Part shown: positions 46,092 through 57,300 of the stretch, piece after piece
How positions within the stretch are numbered: the first letter of the stretch is position 1
How the letters are laid out: the number at the start of each line of letters is the position of its first letter
From: Thraustochytrium aureum
Lineage: Eukaryota
Assembly (NCBI GenBank): GCA_012862495.1
Contig: BLSG01000073.1
Coordinates: 143,010 to 207,009, forward strand
Reading direction: 5' to 3'
DNA length: 64,000 nucleotides
The notes under the pieces: model-generated
What the model was told of the DNA's origin: nothing
Seen by the model: the letters and a program-made list of their open reading frames with translations, nothing else
The model's database searches: none
Position numbers and translations under genes: made by a program

Positions 46092-46205
46092 GCGGGCCTG
46101 GGAGCCGCGCTCTACCTGCCTGCTTGGCGAAAGTCTCTGGAGGACGCGGGCCTGGGAGCCGCGCTCTACCTGCCTGCTTGGCGAAAGTCTCTGGAGGACG
46201 CGGGC
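46092..46205. repeat. Perfect 54-bp tandem duplication upstream of the WD40 gene
   Basis: GCGGGCCTGGGAGCCGCGCTCTACCTGCCTGCTTGGCGAAAGTCTCTGGAGGAC x2, plus GCGGGC. Confidence 0.9.
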
Positions 46206-46300
46206 GCGAGTCGCCTGCACTATCGAAGCGAGGCTCGAGCGCGCGACAGCAAGTGCCGAGCGCGAGCGAGTCGCCTCGACGCGACGCTGGGAGCCCAGTA

Positions 46301-47597
46301 ATGGCAGCCCCGCTTGCAGCGCACGTTGCGCCTGGGGACTCTTTCAGCGCGGTCACGTTGTTTACGTTCGCGGGGAGCGAAGTCCTGAGCTGCTTGTATG
46401 AGCACAAGGAGACGCGGCTGCTGGTCGTGGGCGGGAGCGACGGGTCAGTTCGGCTCGCGTTCCCGCGAGCCTCCGAGCCCCTCAACGGCGAATCGAACAG
46501 TAGCAAGCGGGGCGACCCCGAGTTGGGCCTGCTGCGCAGCTCGCTCGAGTACGACTTTGTCGTGTTGAAGTCTCGCTCAAGCGAAGGCATTCGAACTGCC
46601 TACATTGATGGGGAGTCGGGGCGGCTCAGCGTGACGGCCGGAGATGCGGCTGTCCAGGTGTGGAACCTGGCTGCCCTTTCGAAAAGCAGCGGTGGGGCCG
46701 AATGCGACACGTATGCTTTCAACCGGGACCATTCTTTTGGGACCTGTCCGAATGCTTTCCTGCTCCAGCACCAGATGGAGTTCCTCCTCATTGTGCGCAA
46801 CTCTGTCAGCGTGTACTCGTTGGCGTTCCCCAAGGGGGTGTTGGGAGGAGCGTGAAGCGGGACAGGGCAGCGCGGCGAGAAGCTTTGGGGCGGGTCAGGT
46901 TCCACCGAGCGCAAATCTGACCGAGGTTGGCGCTGCAGCCGGAGGCGAGACAAAGGTCGGCCACGGCAAACCCAAGGAGTCGCGCGTCCAGCCTTTGCAG
47001 TGCGAGGTGAGCTTGACGACCCCCGCGAACACGATGCCTTGTCATTTTGATGGGGAATGGCTCGTGTTCCTCAAGTCGGAGGACCCTGGGACTTACCAGG
47101 TTGACGTTTGCGCCTGGCGCGACGCCGCGCGCACGGTGGTGCGGACCATAAAGCTGCGGCGCTCGGCCTTCAATGACATCACCCCAACTCACGTCCAGGC
47201 CCTCGGGGACACACTCATGGTTGTCCTTAACTTTCGTACTGTCAAGCTGTGGAGTATCCGGTCAGGGGAAAAGCTGCACGAGCTGAACGCCCACGCTTAC
47301 GGTGCAAGGATCGTCTCTGCAAGGTTGTGCCTGCCACTCGTCAGCGCGGAGGCGGGAGCGTCGTCTGCACCGATTGTGGTAGCGGTTGGAACCGACCGCA
47401 CCGTAGTGGTCTGGAATGGGGCCAAGGTCGTCCAGCGCGCACGGCTCCCCGCAAATCGCGCCCACTTTGCTCAAGGCGGGCCGTACTTTGTGGAGCCGCG
47501 CTTGGGCAACCTCGGGCAGGGCTTCCTTGGCTTGGGCACTTTAATATACAACGACGACGCCGGCGTGCACGCTGTGCGGCTCGGCGCCGAGTCTTAG
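46301..47597 (+). CDS. WD40-like beta-propeller protein; frameshift at ~46835
   Basis: LLVVGGSDGSVRL, AGDAAVQVWNL, TVKLWSIRSGEKLHEL, VAVGTDRTVVVWN. Two overlapping ORFs join at the G-run. Confidence 0.62.
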
Positions 47598-47647
47598 CTA
47601 GCTAGTGGCGCGGGCGCGACGCCCCGCTCCGGGACGCTGTCGCTGGG

Positions 47648-48978
47648 CTAGACGTCGAGCGTGTCCTGGGAGCTGACGCACCGTGGGCCGATTGGTGAGC
47701 TCGTCTTGAGTGTGTCCAGCTCCCACATGTCGTCTGGTGTTGGCTGGGGCATCGCTCTGCTGCGGTGCCTCGAGCATTTGTTCATCAGCTCTCGCTGCGC
47801 AGGCTTGGAGGCCGGGAACGCTTTGTAGAAGCGCTCGCAGTCTTGGCAAGTCTGACCCGCGAGGGCCAGCCGATCGGCGCGCCGCCGCACGGGTTCGTCG
47901 AAGGCGTACGCTGGCGCTGGGCGCTTCCGAGACCTGCTCGGCGTTTCGCGTGGGCTCGCGCGAGCCCCGACCGGGAGGCCGCCCCCACCGCTTTCGCCAT
48001 TGCTTTTCCGTGCGCTCACTCTGGCGTCCCCAATGCTTCGCGCGAGGGGGTTGTCGTCTTTGGCTTGCGCAGCCGGCTCCGGGGACGGCGGGACGGCGAT
48101 CTGCGAGCTCTGGTCAGAGGAGCTGCTGTGTGAGCGGTGTCCAGCACTCCTTGTGCTCCCCTCACTATGTCTTGTACTATTATCAGAAGGGCAATCGATT
48201 TTCGTCAAGTGCTCTTCGACTTGCTCTTCGCCGTGCAGCGTTTCGGCGTCATCCACTTCGAAAAGGCCGCGCTGCTGGCGCTGCTGGCGCGGCGGCCAAG
48301 TGCGCCCGTTCGCCAGGCTCAGATCGAATCGAGGCGGCTCCCCGACAGAGGCGCGGCGCCGGAAAGGCGCTTTGCGACGCGGCGTCTCCTCGACGGTTTG
48401 GGTGTCGCGCGCCCTGGCCTCGCACTCCACATGCGGCGAAGGTGGCGCTTGCAACGGTGCGGGTGGTTGTAGTTCTGCATGTAGCGAGCACAACCGCTCG
48501 TTGAGCAGACCGGCGGTTTCGCGGAGCCTGCTGTTCTCCGCGCGAAGGGCAGCAAGTTCGGCGTTTGAGGTGCGACGCGCCTGGTCGTGGCTCGATTCGA
48601 GGCTTGCGTTTTCTTCTCGGAGCTCTGCCACCTCCTTCGCGAGTCTGCTGCACTCAGCCTCTGCCTTGCGGGCCCTGTCCCGCTCAGCGGCAGCCTCTTG
48701 AGCGAGAGCGCGTTCTCGCCCCCTCGACTCTGCAAGCGCGCTTTGCGCGTCCGCAGTCTTTGCGGCGGCTGCGGAGCGTTCAACCTCAAGACGTTCCGCG
48801 CGCGCGTCTGCCTCGCGAGCCGCCCGTGTGAGATCGTCCACCTGCTTGGACAGCAGCCTCAGCGTCTTTTGGACTCCTTATTCGTCGACCACAGCCCAGC
48901 GATCTTCCCACCGAGCCTCCCGCGCTCCTCCAAGAGCTCTTCTCGCGAAGGAGTTTGGTTCCCCGTCGCCATCGCCAT
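47648..48978 (-). CDS. RBBP8: DNA end-resection factor CtIP/Sae2/COM1; 1-nt frameshift at ~48872
   Basis: N-terminal coiled coil; C-terminal EPVRRRADRLALAGQTCQDCERFY...CSRHR...TPDDMW (CxxC and RHR motifs of the SAE2 domain). AAGGAG(G)TCC restores KEVQKTLRLL. Confidence 0.85.
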
Positions 48979-49062
48979 CCGCCCGCAGGAGGGCCACCAG
49001 CGAGCGAGGTGCGCAGCCGTGCAACCACGCCTGCGGCAGGCGGGCACAGCGACCCCGCCAAG

Positions 49063-49316
49063 GGTCCTGCGCGCCGAAGCGACTCCTGCGTTTGCTCGCG
49101 CAGCTGCCCCACTCGCGGCTGAGGTCCCGCGCGCCGAAGCGACTCCTGCGTTTGCTCGCGCAGCTGCGGTCCTGCGCGCCCAACCCACACCTCCGTTTGC
49201 TCGAGCCTCAAAGTGATACCTGTTGCTCGCGAACCTTACTATGTTCGTTCGTGAATTTCTCTTGCTCGCGAACCTGACTCTGTTCGTTCTGAATCTGTTG
49301 CTCGCGAACCTGACTA
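49063..49316. repeat. Two adjacent tandem repeat arrays (~45-60 bp x3 and ~36-39 bp x3) in the CtIP/CLP1 divergent intergenic region
   Basis: GGTCCYGCGCGCCGAAGCGACTCCTGCGTTTGCTCGCGCAGCTGC units at 49063, 49123 and 49168 (degenerate); TTGCTCGCGAACCT units at ~49223, 49262 and 49298. Confidence 0.8.
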
Positions 49317-49587
49317 NNNNNNNNNNNNNNNNNNNNTTGTTCGTTCGTTCGCTAGGAAGGCAGCGGCTGCTGTTGTCTGGCAGGGGCATCGATCGAGTGC
49401 AGTCGCGAGACGCTGAGGAGCACGGCGGCGACCTGACGAGCGCGACCCGCTGCCGGCCCGCATCGCGCTTCTTGCTCGGCCTCCTGCTCCTGTTCTTCTT
49501 TTATTCCCCGTGATCACCCCGTGCGCGCGGTGGCCTGGGCCGCGAGGGAAGGGCTGGCAGGTTGGCAGGAAGGAAGCGAGCACGGCG

Positions 49588-50892
49588 ATGGCGTCGCGGC
49601 ACCACGTTAGCGCCAGGCACGAGCTGAGGTTTGAGACGTCGCGCAAGTGCGTCGACGCGGAGGATGGCGCTGCGAGGGCGAATGTGCTGCGCGTGGTTGG
49701 CGGTACGTGCGAGGTGGCGGGGTGCGAGCTGTTTCCGGGTCACACGTATCCGCTGGTGGCCGGCAGGAGCTACGGGGTGTTCACTTGGTTTGGATGCGAG
49801 GTTGAGCTCCACGAGACGTTCTGCACAGGGGTGTACACCTCAGAGGAGACGCCGATGACCCAGATTGCAAAGGTTCACGGCAACCTGGAAGCGTGGCGCG
49901 ACGACGTCGCACGAGGCGCCGCCCCACAAGGGCCCCCTCGCATCGCCATCGTCGGGTCCAGCAACTCGGGAAAGTCAACCTTGGCACGGACCCTCGGCGC
50001 ATACGCAGTTCGGTGTGGCCGCAAACCAATCATGGTCGACCTCGACGTTTCCAAGAACAGCGTGGCGATCCCAGGCACGGTCGCGGCCACCGTGCTGGAG
50101 CGGCGAAGCGACCTGTTCGAAGAGACGGGGGCGCTCGACTTCTCGGCGCGGCAACCCCTGGCCTATTTCGTCGGCGCAGACAAAGTCAGCGACAACAGCA
50201 AACGATTGCGAGAGCAAACCAAGCTCCTGGCCGAAGACGTAGAGGCCCGAATGGTGGCCGACCCCACTTCACAGTGCTCTGGAATCATCATCGACTCGTT
50301 TTCCTGGAGCGCAAGCCCATCCGTACACAACACGCTCGTGGCAGCATTACAGCACCTAAAAGTGAACGTGATTCTGATCATCGGGCACGATCGCCTGCTG
50401 TCCGAAATGAAGCGAGTCTTCAAGGACATTCATGTGGTCAAAGTAGCGCGTTCCGGCGGCGTCGTGGAGGCAGACGCCAACACGCTCACGCGGCTTGCGG
50501 CTGACCGGATGCGCTGGTACTTTGAGGGCTCGCGTGGCCAGCTGTCGCCGGTGCCCCGCAAACTCAAACTGGGTGAGGACATCAAGATTTTCTTGGCAAG
50601 GGCCAACGTGATCGCAGACTCGTCGATTCGCCCCATCGGCATGGACGCGTCGAAAGATGACAAGCACGTGCCGCAGCTGACCGTGCTTGACGTCTCGCTC
50701 AAGTCGAGCGTGCTCGCTTTCGTTTATGCGACAGACGAGGCGGAGGTCCTGAACGGGAGCGTGGCTGGCTTCGCGCGCGTCGTGGATGTCCATCCGGACG
50801 AGGAGAGCGTCACTATCGAGACGCCTTGCCCAGGCGACCTGCCGACCAAATTTCTAGTGCACGGCAAGCTCAAGTGGTTCGAGACTGCCTGA
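49588..50892 (+). CDS. CLP1: Polyribonucleotide 5'-hydroxyl kinase / cleavage-polyadenylation factor Clp1
   Basis: ELRFE, GTCEVAGCEL, VFTWFGC, YTSEETPM, P-loop VGSSNSGKSTL, VDLDV...IPGT, PLAYFVG, RSGGVV, VAGF, PCPGDLP. Confidence 0.92.
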   Translation: MASRHHVSARHELRFETSRKCVDAEDGAARANVLRVVGGTCEVAGCELFPGHTYPLVAGRSYGVFTWFGCEVELHETFCTGVYTSEETPMTQIAKVHGNLEAWRDDVARGAAPQGPPRIAIVGSSNSGKSTLARTLGAYAVRCGRKPIMVDLDVSKNSVAIPGTVAATVLERRSDLFEETGALDFSARQPLAYFVGADKVSDNSKRLREQTKLLAEDVEARMVADPTSQCSGIIIDSFSWSASPSVHNTLVAALQHLKVNVILIIGHDRLLSEMKRVFKDIHVVKVARSGGVVEADANTLTRLAADRMRWYFEGSRGQLSPVPRKLKLGEDIKIFLARANVIADSSIRPIGMDASKDDKHVPQLTVLDVSLKSSVLAFVYATDEAEVLNGSVAGFARVVDVHPDEESVTIETPCPGDLPTKFLVHGKLKWFETA

Positions 50893-51679
50893 GCTGATGA
50901 GGAGGGAGGAGGTGCAAGGTCGGAGAGGCAGAAACTACCATGTTCATTTTTCGCTGCTTCCCAGTTGAGGATGAAGAGCCTCGTGCGTTGCTTGCTGATA
51001 GGAAGCCGAAGCCACCAGCACTGGCCCAGGGCGATTCACGCCTGTCGCTGCCCGTGCAGCTGCCCCGAGGCAAGTCGTTCGCTACCGGCGACGCCACAGC
51101 GCGCGTTCCACTAAAAACAGATATTGATTGATTGATCCATCTGCGCCACTGGCCTACTGCATGAGGCCGACAACAAGAATAGGCCTAACCAATCATCATT
51201 TGAGGCTGACAACAACAATACCAACCAATAAAGGAGACGCGGCCTCCAACAAGTTGAACGTTGTGGCACTGCCGAACGTCAGGGAGCACCAACAACTACA
51301 CTGACAGAGGACCCAGCCCGGCCTCATGGGGGTTGGAAGTCAACACACAATCAAACGTACTTACTCGACTGTTCAAAGAGGATCGAAGCCGACACAAGAC
51401 GCCCGTGACAAACCTGCCCCCAGATCATGAAGAGCAGGATTCTTGCCAGAGGATGAAAAACAAGCTGCTAACGCGATGAGTTTTTAAATGAATAAGCGCG
51501 CTGCGGCACGAACCTTGCCCGCGCCGCGCGGAAGAGGATGATGAAGAAGAAGGTGGCAGCGGTGGGAGACTGAGAGCTCGGGGACCAAGATCAGCTGAGC
51601 ATGAAAGCCACTGGAGTTGGTTCTTTGGCGGTTGGTTAGTTGCTCTTGCTCGAGCGCGCACTGTTGACAGCCGGAGCAC

Positions 51680-53414
51680 TCAAAATCCTGGCGGATGCGC
51701 GTCACCCGCCACATGAAGGAACTTGCACGAGTCGCCAAACCGGCACCGACCCCCGAGGTAGCCGCGACAAATCTGACGGCCCCCGCGCGAGCTTCCGGTG
51801 TCGGCCGATTCTACGGCACGGCCTCGCGGCTCGCGCGGTTCCCGCTGCTCGCGCGGCTCGCGCTGCTCGCGACCGCCGCGCCCGCCTCGGCCAGCACGCC
51901 GATCCGTTCCGCGAACGGCTGCTCCAGAAGCCTCGCCCATACGTTGTCGGCTCGGGCGCGCATCACCGTCGCCATGGCGCCACGCCAAGCCTTGCGCAGC
52001 GCCAAACGCATTGNNNNNNNNNNNNNNNNNNNNNNNNNNNNNNNNNNNNNNNNNNNNNNNNNNNNNNNNNNNNNNNNNNNNNNNNNNNNNNNNNNNNNNN
52101 NNNNNNNNNNNNNNNNNNNNNNNNNNNNNNNNNNNNNNNNNNNNNNNNNNNNNNNNNNNNNNNNNNNNNNNNNNNNNNNNNNNNNNNNNNNNNNNNNNNN
52201 NNNNNNNNNNNNNNNNNNNNNNNNNNNNNNNNNNNNNNNNNNNNNNNNNNNNNNNNNNNNNNNNNNNNNNNNNNNNNNNNNNNNNNNNNNNNNNNNNNNN
52301 NNNNNNNNNNNNNNNNNNNNNNNNNNNNNNNNNNNNNNNNNNNNNNNNNNNNNNNNNNNNNNNNNNNNNNNNNNNNNNNNNNNNNNNNNNNNNNNNNNNN
52401 NNNNNNNNNNNNNNNNNNNNNNNNNNNNNNNNNNNNNNNNNNNNNNNNNNNNNNNNNNNNNNNNNNNNNNNNNNNNNNNNNNNNNNNNNNNNNNNNNNNN
52501 NNNNNNNNNNNNNNNNNNNNNNNNNNNNNNNNNNNNNNNNNNNNNNNNNNNNNNNNNNNNNNNNNNNNNNNNNNNNNNNNNNNNNNNNNNNNNNNNNNNN
52601 NNNNNNNNNNNNNNNNNNNNNNNNNNNNNNNNNNNNNNNNNNNNNNNNNNNNNNNNNNNNNNNNNNNNNNNNNNNNNNNNNNNNNNNNNNNNNNNNNNNN
52701 NNNNNNNNNNNNNNNNNNNNNNNNNNNNNNNNNNNNNNNNNNNNNNNNNNNNNNNNNNNNNNNNNNNNNNNNNNNNNNNNNNNNNNNNNNNNNNNNNNNN
52801 NNNNNNNNNNNNNNNNNNNNNNNNNNNNNNNNNNNNNNNNNNNNNNNNNNNNNNNNNNNNNNNNNNNNNNNNNNNNNNNNNNNNNNNNNNNNNNNNNNNN
52901 NNNNNNNNNNNNNNNNNNNNNNNNNCCGCTTCCACGCGTGCACCATCGCGGCGTCGAGGTACTGGAGCGAGCCAAGGTAGACCGGATCCTCGAGGGGCTT
53001 GTTCGTGCGGATGAGGCAGTCAATCACAAAATCCACCACTTCAAACGTCGCCCTGCGTTCTTCGTCGCTGGACACTTTGACGTTCGAGGCGGAACCGAGC
53101 GCCCCCGCAAACGTGCGCGCCGCGATAGCGTGGCCCACCAAGTCCATCTCCACGTCGGGCTCGTCCAGGTAAAACGAGCGCAGCGCCTTTACGAACCAGC
53201 GCAGCCCCTCGGGCACCTGACTGGGCATCGGCAGCGCCTTGGCCGTCTCGAGCGTCCACGGCGTCTCGTCCTCATCGCTCGTCGCAGCCGGCGGCTCTGT
53301 CTCTGTCACCACCAACTCCTCCGCGTCGGCCCACTCGTCGTGCTTGAGCTCAACAGCAGCCAAGTTCTCCAGCAGCAGGGCCTCCTCCTCCGCGCTCCGC
53401 ATCATGGCCGCCAT
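51680..53414 (-). CDS. Uncharacterised protein with C-terminal CCCH zinc finger and RGG/RE-rich segment (middle in N-gap)
   Basis: C-terminal ICRGYLGGRCRFGDSCKFLH; N-terminal acidic helical region MAAMMRSAEEEALLLENL. Linkage across the gap is inferred. Confidence 0.55.
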
Positions 53415-54318
53415 CCCGCCAGCACGCACGGCCGGCCGCCTTTCCACGCCGGGCGGGCCACAGCCAACCTCGGGGCCGCTGAGCCCTGCAGGTGGAGCAG
53501 CAAGCAAGCGGTAGCGCTCGAACTAGCTAGTTACTCTAGGGGGCGAGCGAGCGAGCAACCCACGCCGCAGCGCCAGCCGCGCTGCAAGGCGCGCTCGGCC
53601 GCGCACAGGAACGCCAACGGGCCGCACTCCGCCCGCGCACAGGCCGCCAGCTCGACCGACACTTCGACCCTCGCGCGCGCGCCCGCACTCCAGCCCACGC
53701 GCCCTCGCCCTGTTCCTGGTCTGCTCTTCTCAGTGACCTCTCACGATCCTCAACGATCAAGATCCCTTCCTTCTGTTCACGCCGTGCTTTTTTCTTTTTT
53801 GTCCGTTGCGAATACTCACTTACTGTTGCAACAGCGGCCTGACAGGCTGGTCTCGTGCGGCGATGCTTCGGCGCCGCTTGCTCAATGGTTGCTGTCCAGC
53901 GGCGCCGTCCAGGCCGCATGGCCGCATGGCCGCTGGCGATATCTTGCTCGCGTGGTCGACCCGCTGGAGATATCTTGCTCGCGTGGTTGCGGCTCCTTGG
54001 GCGCGCTTTGCTGACGGCCGATGTGCGGATGCGATGGGCTGGAACTCCTATTTGATTGACAGTGAGTAGTCGTTGGACGCAACGGACAGCTTCCTTCTCA
54101 ACGTGCTGTTGCGCCAGCGAGCAAAGCTCGGCCGCACGGCCTTCGCAGGAAGCGGACATCTGCAGACCGAGATTCAACGCCAGCACCAGGCGTGCGAGCA
54201 GGGTGTCGCAGAGCCCTGCGCTCGGCGAGTAGGCTCGGCTTCCGCAGTGCCGATTTGGCGCGAACGCCGCGCTGGCGCCGATTCGCGTTCCACGCCTTGA
54301 AGCAGGGGTGAGACAACG

Positions 54319-57300
54319 ATGCACTTGTTGGCCGCGCGGCGATCGTCATCGCTGCCTGCGTATCAGCCCCGGCTGGCCTCGCCGAAGCGCGCTCTCAGCC
54401 TGCGGTGCTCGGAGCGGGCCATTCGTTGCGGTTTCTGGGCAAGGACGCGAAGACAGACTCCCAAAGCATTGAGTCGCGCATTTTCCCGGCCGGGACGTTT
54501 GCAGAAGGGTTTACGATAGCCTTTTGGTTTCGCAAGGCGGCCCCTGGAAATGACCCGCCCCGAGTGGCGATGACTGCAGGAACCGCAGGCGGCTTCTTTG
54601 GGCTGTGGGAAGCGACTGGAAAGGACGTCCCAGTAGATGCACCGCTGGCATCATGTTCCTCGTACGATACTGGCGTTTGCCTTTTGGGGGGTGCTACTGG
54701 CGGTGAGGATCCCTTCTCGCAATTCGCGGTGAGCGAGTGGGTCCACACCTCGCTTTCGTGGAATGAGACTTCGAAAGCCTGGGTGGTCGTTGCGCACGTA
54801 GGTGAGGACAAGAAAGTCTTTGATTCGAGTGCCACGGAGGCGAACGTCACGGATCTCGCGTCACAGCTTGCTGGCTTTACTCTGGCGGACAAGGAGACGT
54901 ACCTCTCCATCGGGCGCGGCCTCACTACAGACGCCTCGCTTGTTGGCGAGCTCGACGAGCTGTGTGTCCTCCGCCGGGCGATCGACCAAGACGAGGTTGC
55001 GCACATCAAGTCGCACGGCTGCCACGATGTTGTCGGAGTTGAACTGTACTACACGTTCGACCTTGCTCCGAACTCTACCGACTTTCTGTTTGATCACGCC
55101 GCGAACCGAACTAGTGGGTTATCTTCGGGGCGCGTCATATCAAACTTGGGCGACGCCTACGAGACGTGTTCGGGCAAAGGCCTCGGTCCTCTGTCCGTTG
55201 TTTCGAGCGCCCCCGTGTACGGCAACAAACTGATTCGCCTGTTGGATCCTGCCGTTGGCAACTGGGTGCAAGTTGGCCTCGTGTGCGACGCATGCGACTC
55301 CTTCGTGGTAGCTTCGCTCCCGACAAGAGGCGTCTTGTGTGCGCCTTCGATTAACAGCACGAGCACTTCCAGAGCAAGCGACCTAAGAGCAGGAACGGGT
55401 GGGGCGGCGGAGGCTCTTTGCGCGTCGGCGTTCGGCGATACCTACTTTGGGATAGGCGTCGACACTGTCCTCACACTCGAGGAGGCACATGCCCTTGTCT
55501 ATCTCCAAACGAATGAAACAGTTGCCGGCGACCTGGACGGCTTTTCGATCCAAGCGGCAGAGAATGGGACTTCTTCTTCGGGAATCGCCGCACAGCAAGC
55601 CATTCGAGCCAAGGCGAGGCCTGTCCTCAAGGACACAGAGTTTAACATCGACACCGATGAAGCGGGGCTCATCTTCCTTCCACCAAGACAAAGCATCCTC
55701 ACACTCGCAGACTCGCCTCTGCATCTGATGCAAGTTGAGATCGTCGAGATTGTCGGAGAGGGTGTCAGCGTGTTTGAATGCGAGGCGTGCAGCGAGTGGT
55801 TTGTGCCCGATCTTTACTCATCCAGCGACGATGAAGAGGAGCTCGAGGCAGTGTGGAGCCACCGAGTCACCTCGTTTCCCTACACGGTATCAGATCCTTG
55901 GGGCCGCCTTGTTTTCAAACACTCCGACTTACTTGTCAGTGGCAAAGACGTGATAGTAATCCGCTACCGCCTCCTCGACGGGTTGCTGGCCTCTCGCGTT
56001 GCCGAGGTGCGTGTAAATGTCCAAGAAAATAACCTGGCGCCGAGGGCGGATTCGATTCTTCTCGAGACAGCAGAAGACACGATCGCCACATTCAACCTGC
56101 ACGAGAGCATCAACGATGTTGACGGCGACGCCGTCTTTGTCGAGTTCAGCGCGTTGCCGAGTCATGGCGCGATATACTACACCACGGACGACGGGTCCCG
56201 TTTGCGTGTGGACGAAACTCCCTCAGCCCTTTCGATAAGTCAATGGGTCAAAGCGTCCCCTGAGAACGCAGCGAGTTCGTGTTGGGATGAGGAATACTGC
56301 ATCAACGCGGCCTCAGGCCCACCAGATATTTATCCACTGACTGACGATTTGCCCACGTGGCAGCCAGACCAGTCCACGGAGCTTGTGCATTGGGTCGAGG
56401 TGGTGTTTGAAACCTCGGTGTATCCAGAAGGCGTTGAAGTTTACGAAACGTGGAGCCCAGGCGGCGTGGTAAAAATTGAAGCTGAGGAGGAGTTGAAGCC
56501 GGGGTCATGGCACGTTTTGTGGAAGGGTGCGAACCGGCAAAAGACGTTTTGCCCCGACCTCAAGCCAAGCGATCGGTGCAGCGGCCTCTCGTTCTACGAG
56601 CTGTGTCCAATGCCTGTTCTGGTGCGCAAACTCCGACTGACACTAGAAATGGACTCGGTGGACCGTTGGCCCGTCATTGATGCGATCTTGCTTCACGGCA
56701 AGCCTCGCATCTCAGGCTATCGGATCGTTGGCCTCAACTACTCGAAGATGGAGTATGTCCCTTCGGCGAACTTTGCTGGCGAGGACTCGTTCAAGTTTTC
56801 GGTTTCGGTACGTTTGAGTTTTTTTGCATTGGTGGAGTTGGCGTGCTTTGGTCGAGTGAGTACTTGGTACTTGGCTGAAGGAAGGGNNNNNNNNNNNNNN
56901 NNNNNNNNNNNNNNNNNNNNNNNNNNNNNNNNNNNNNNNNNNNNNNNNNNNNNNNNNNNNNNNNNNNNNNNNNNNNNNNNNNNNNNNNNNNNNTGCAGGT
57001 CACGCGTGTTCAACTCGATGGAGGCTGCATACTGTGGCACCCACAAGGGAGTAGCGTACTTTGAACTGAAAACTAACACGGCCGGGTCGGTTTGGCTCTC
57101 GCAGGACTGCGCGTACTTTTCTGTGTACAAGCGCCTTCCTGGGAGCTCTGAGCGCCACGGGGAGGTCGCGGTAGCTGTTTCTCCAGTGCAAGATCAGCCG
57201 GGGATCAAACTAGGCTCCCTAGCGGGCTTCGGAGCCGGCGAGGACCTCGGCGACGAGGAGGGCGCACACGGTGGAGCCTACATTGGCTCGCAGGAACGGC

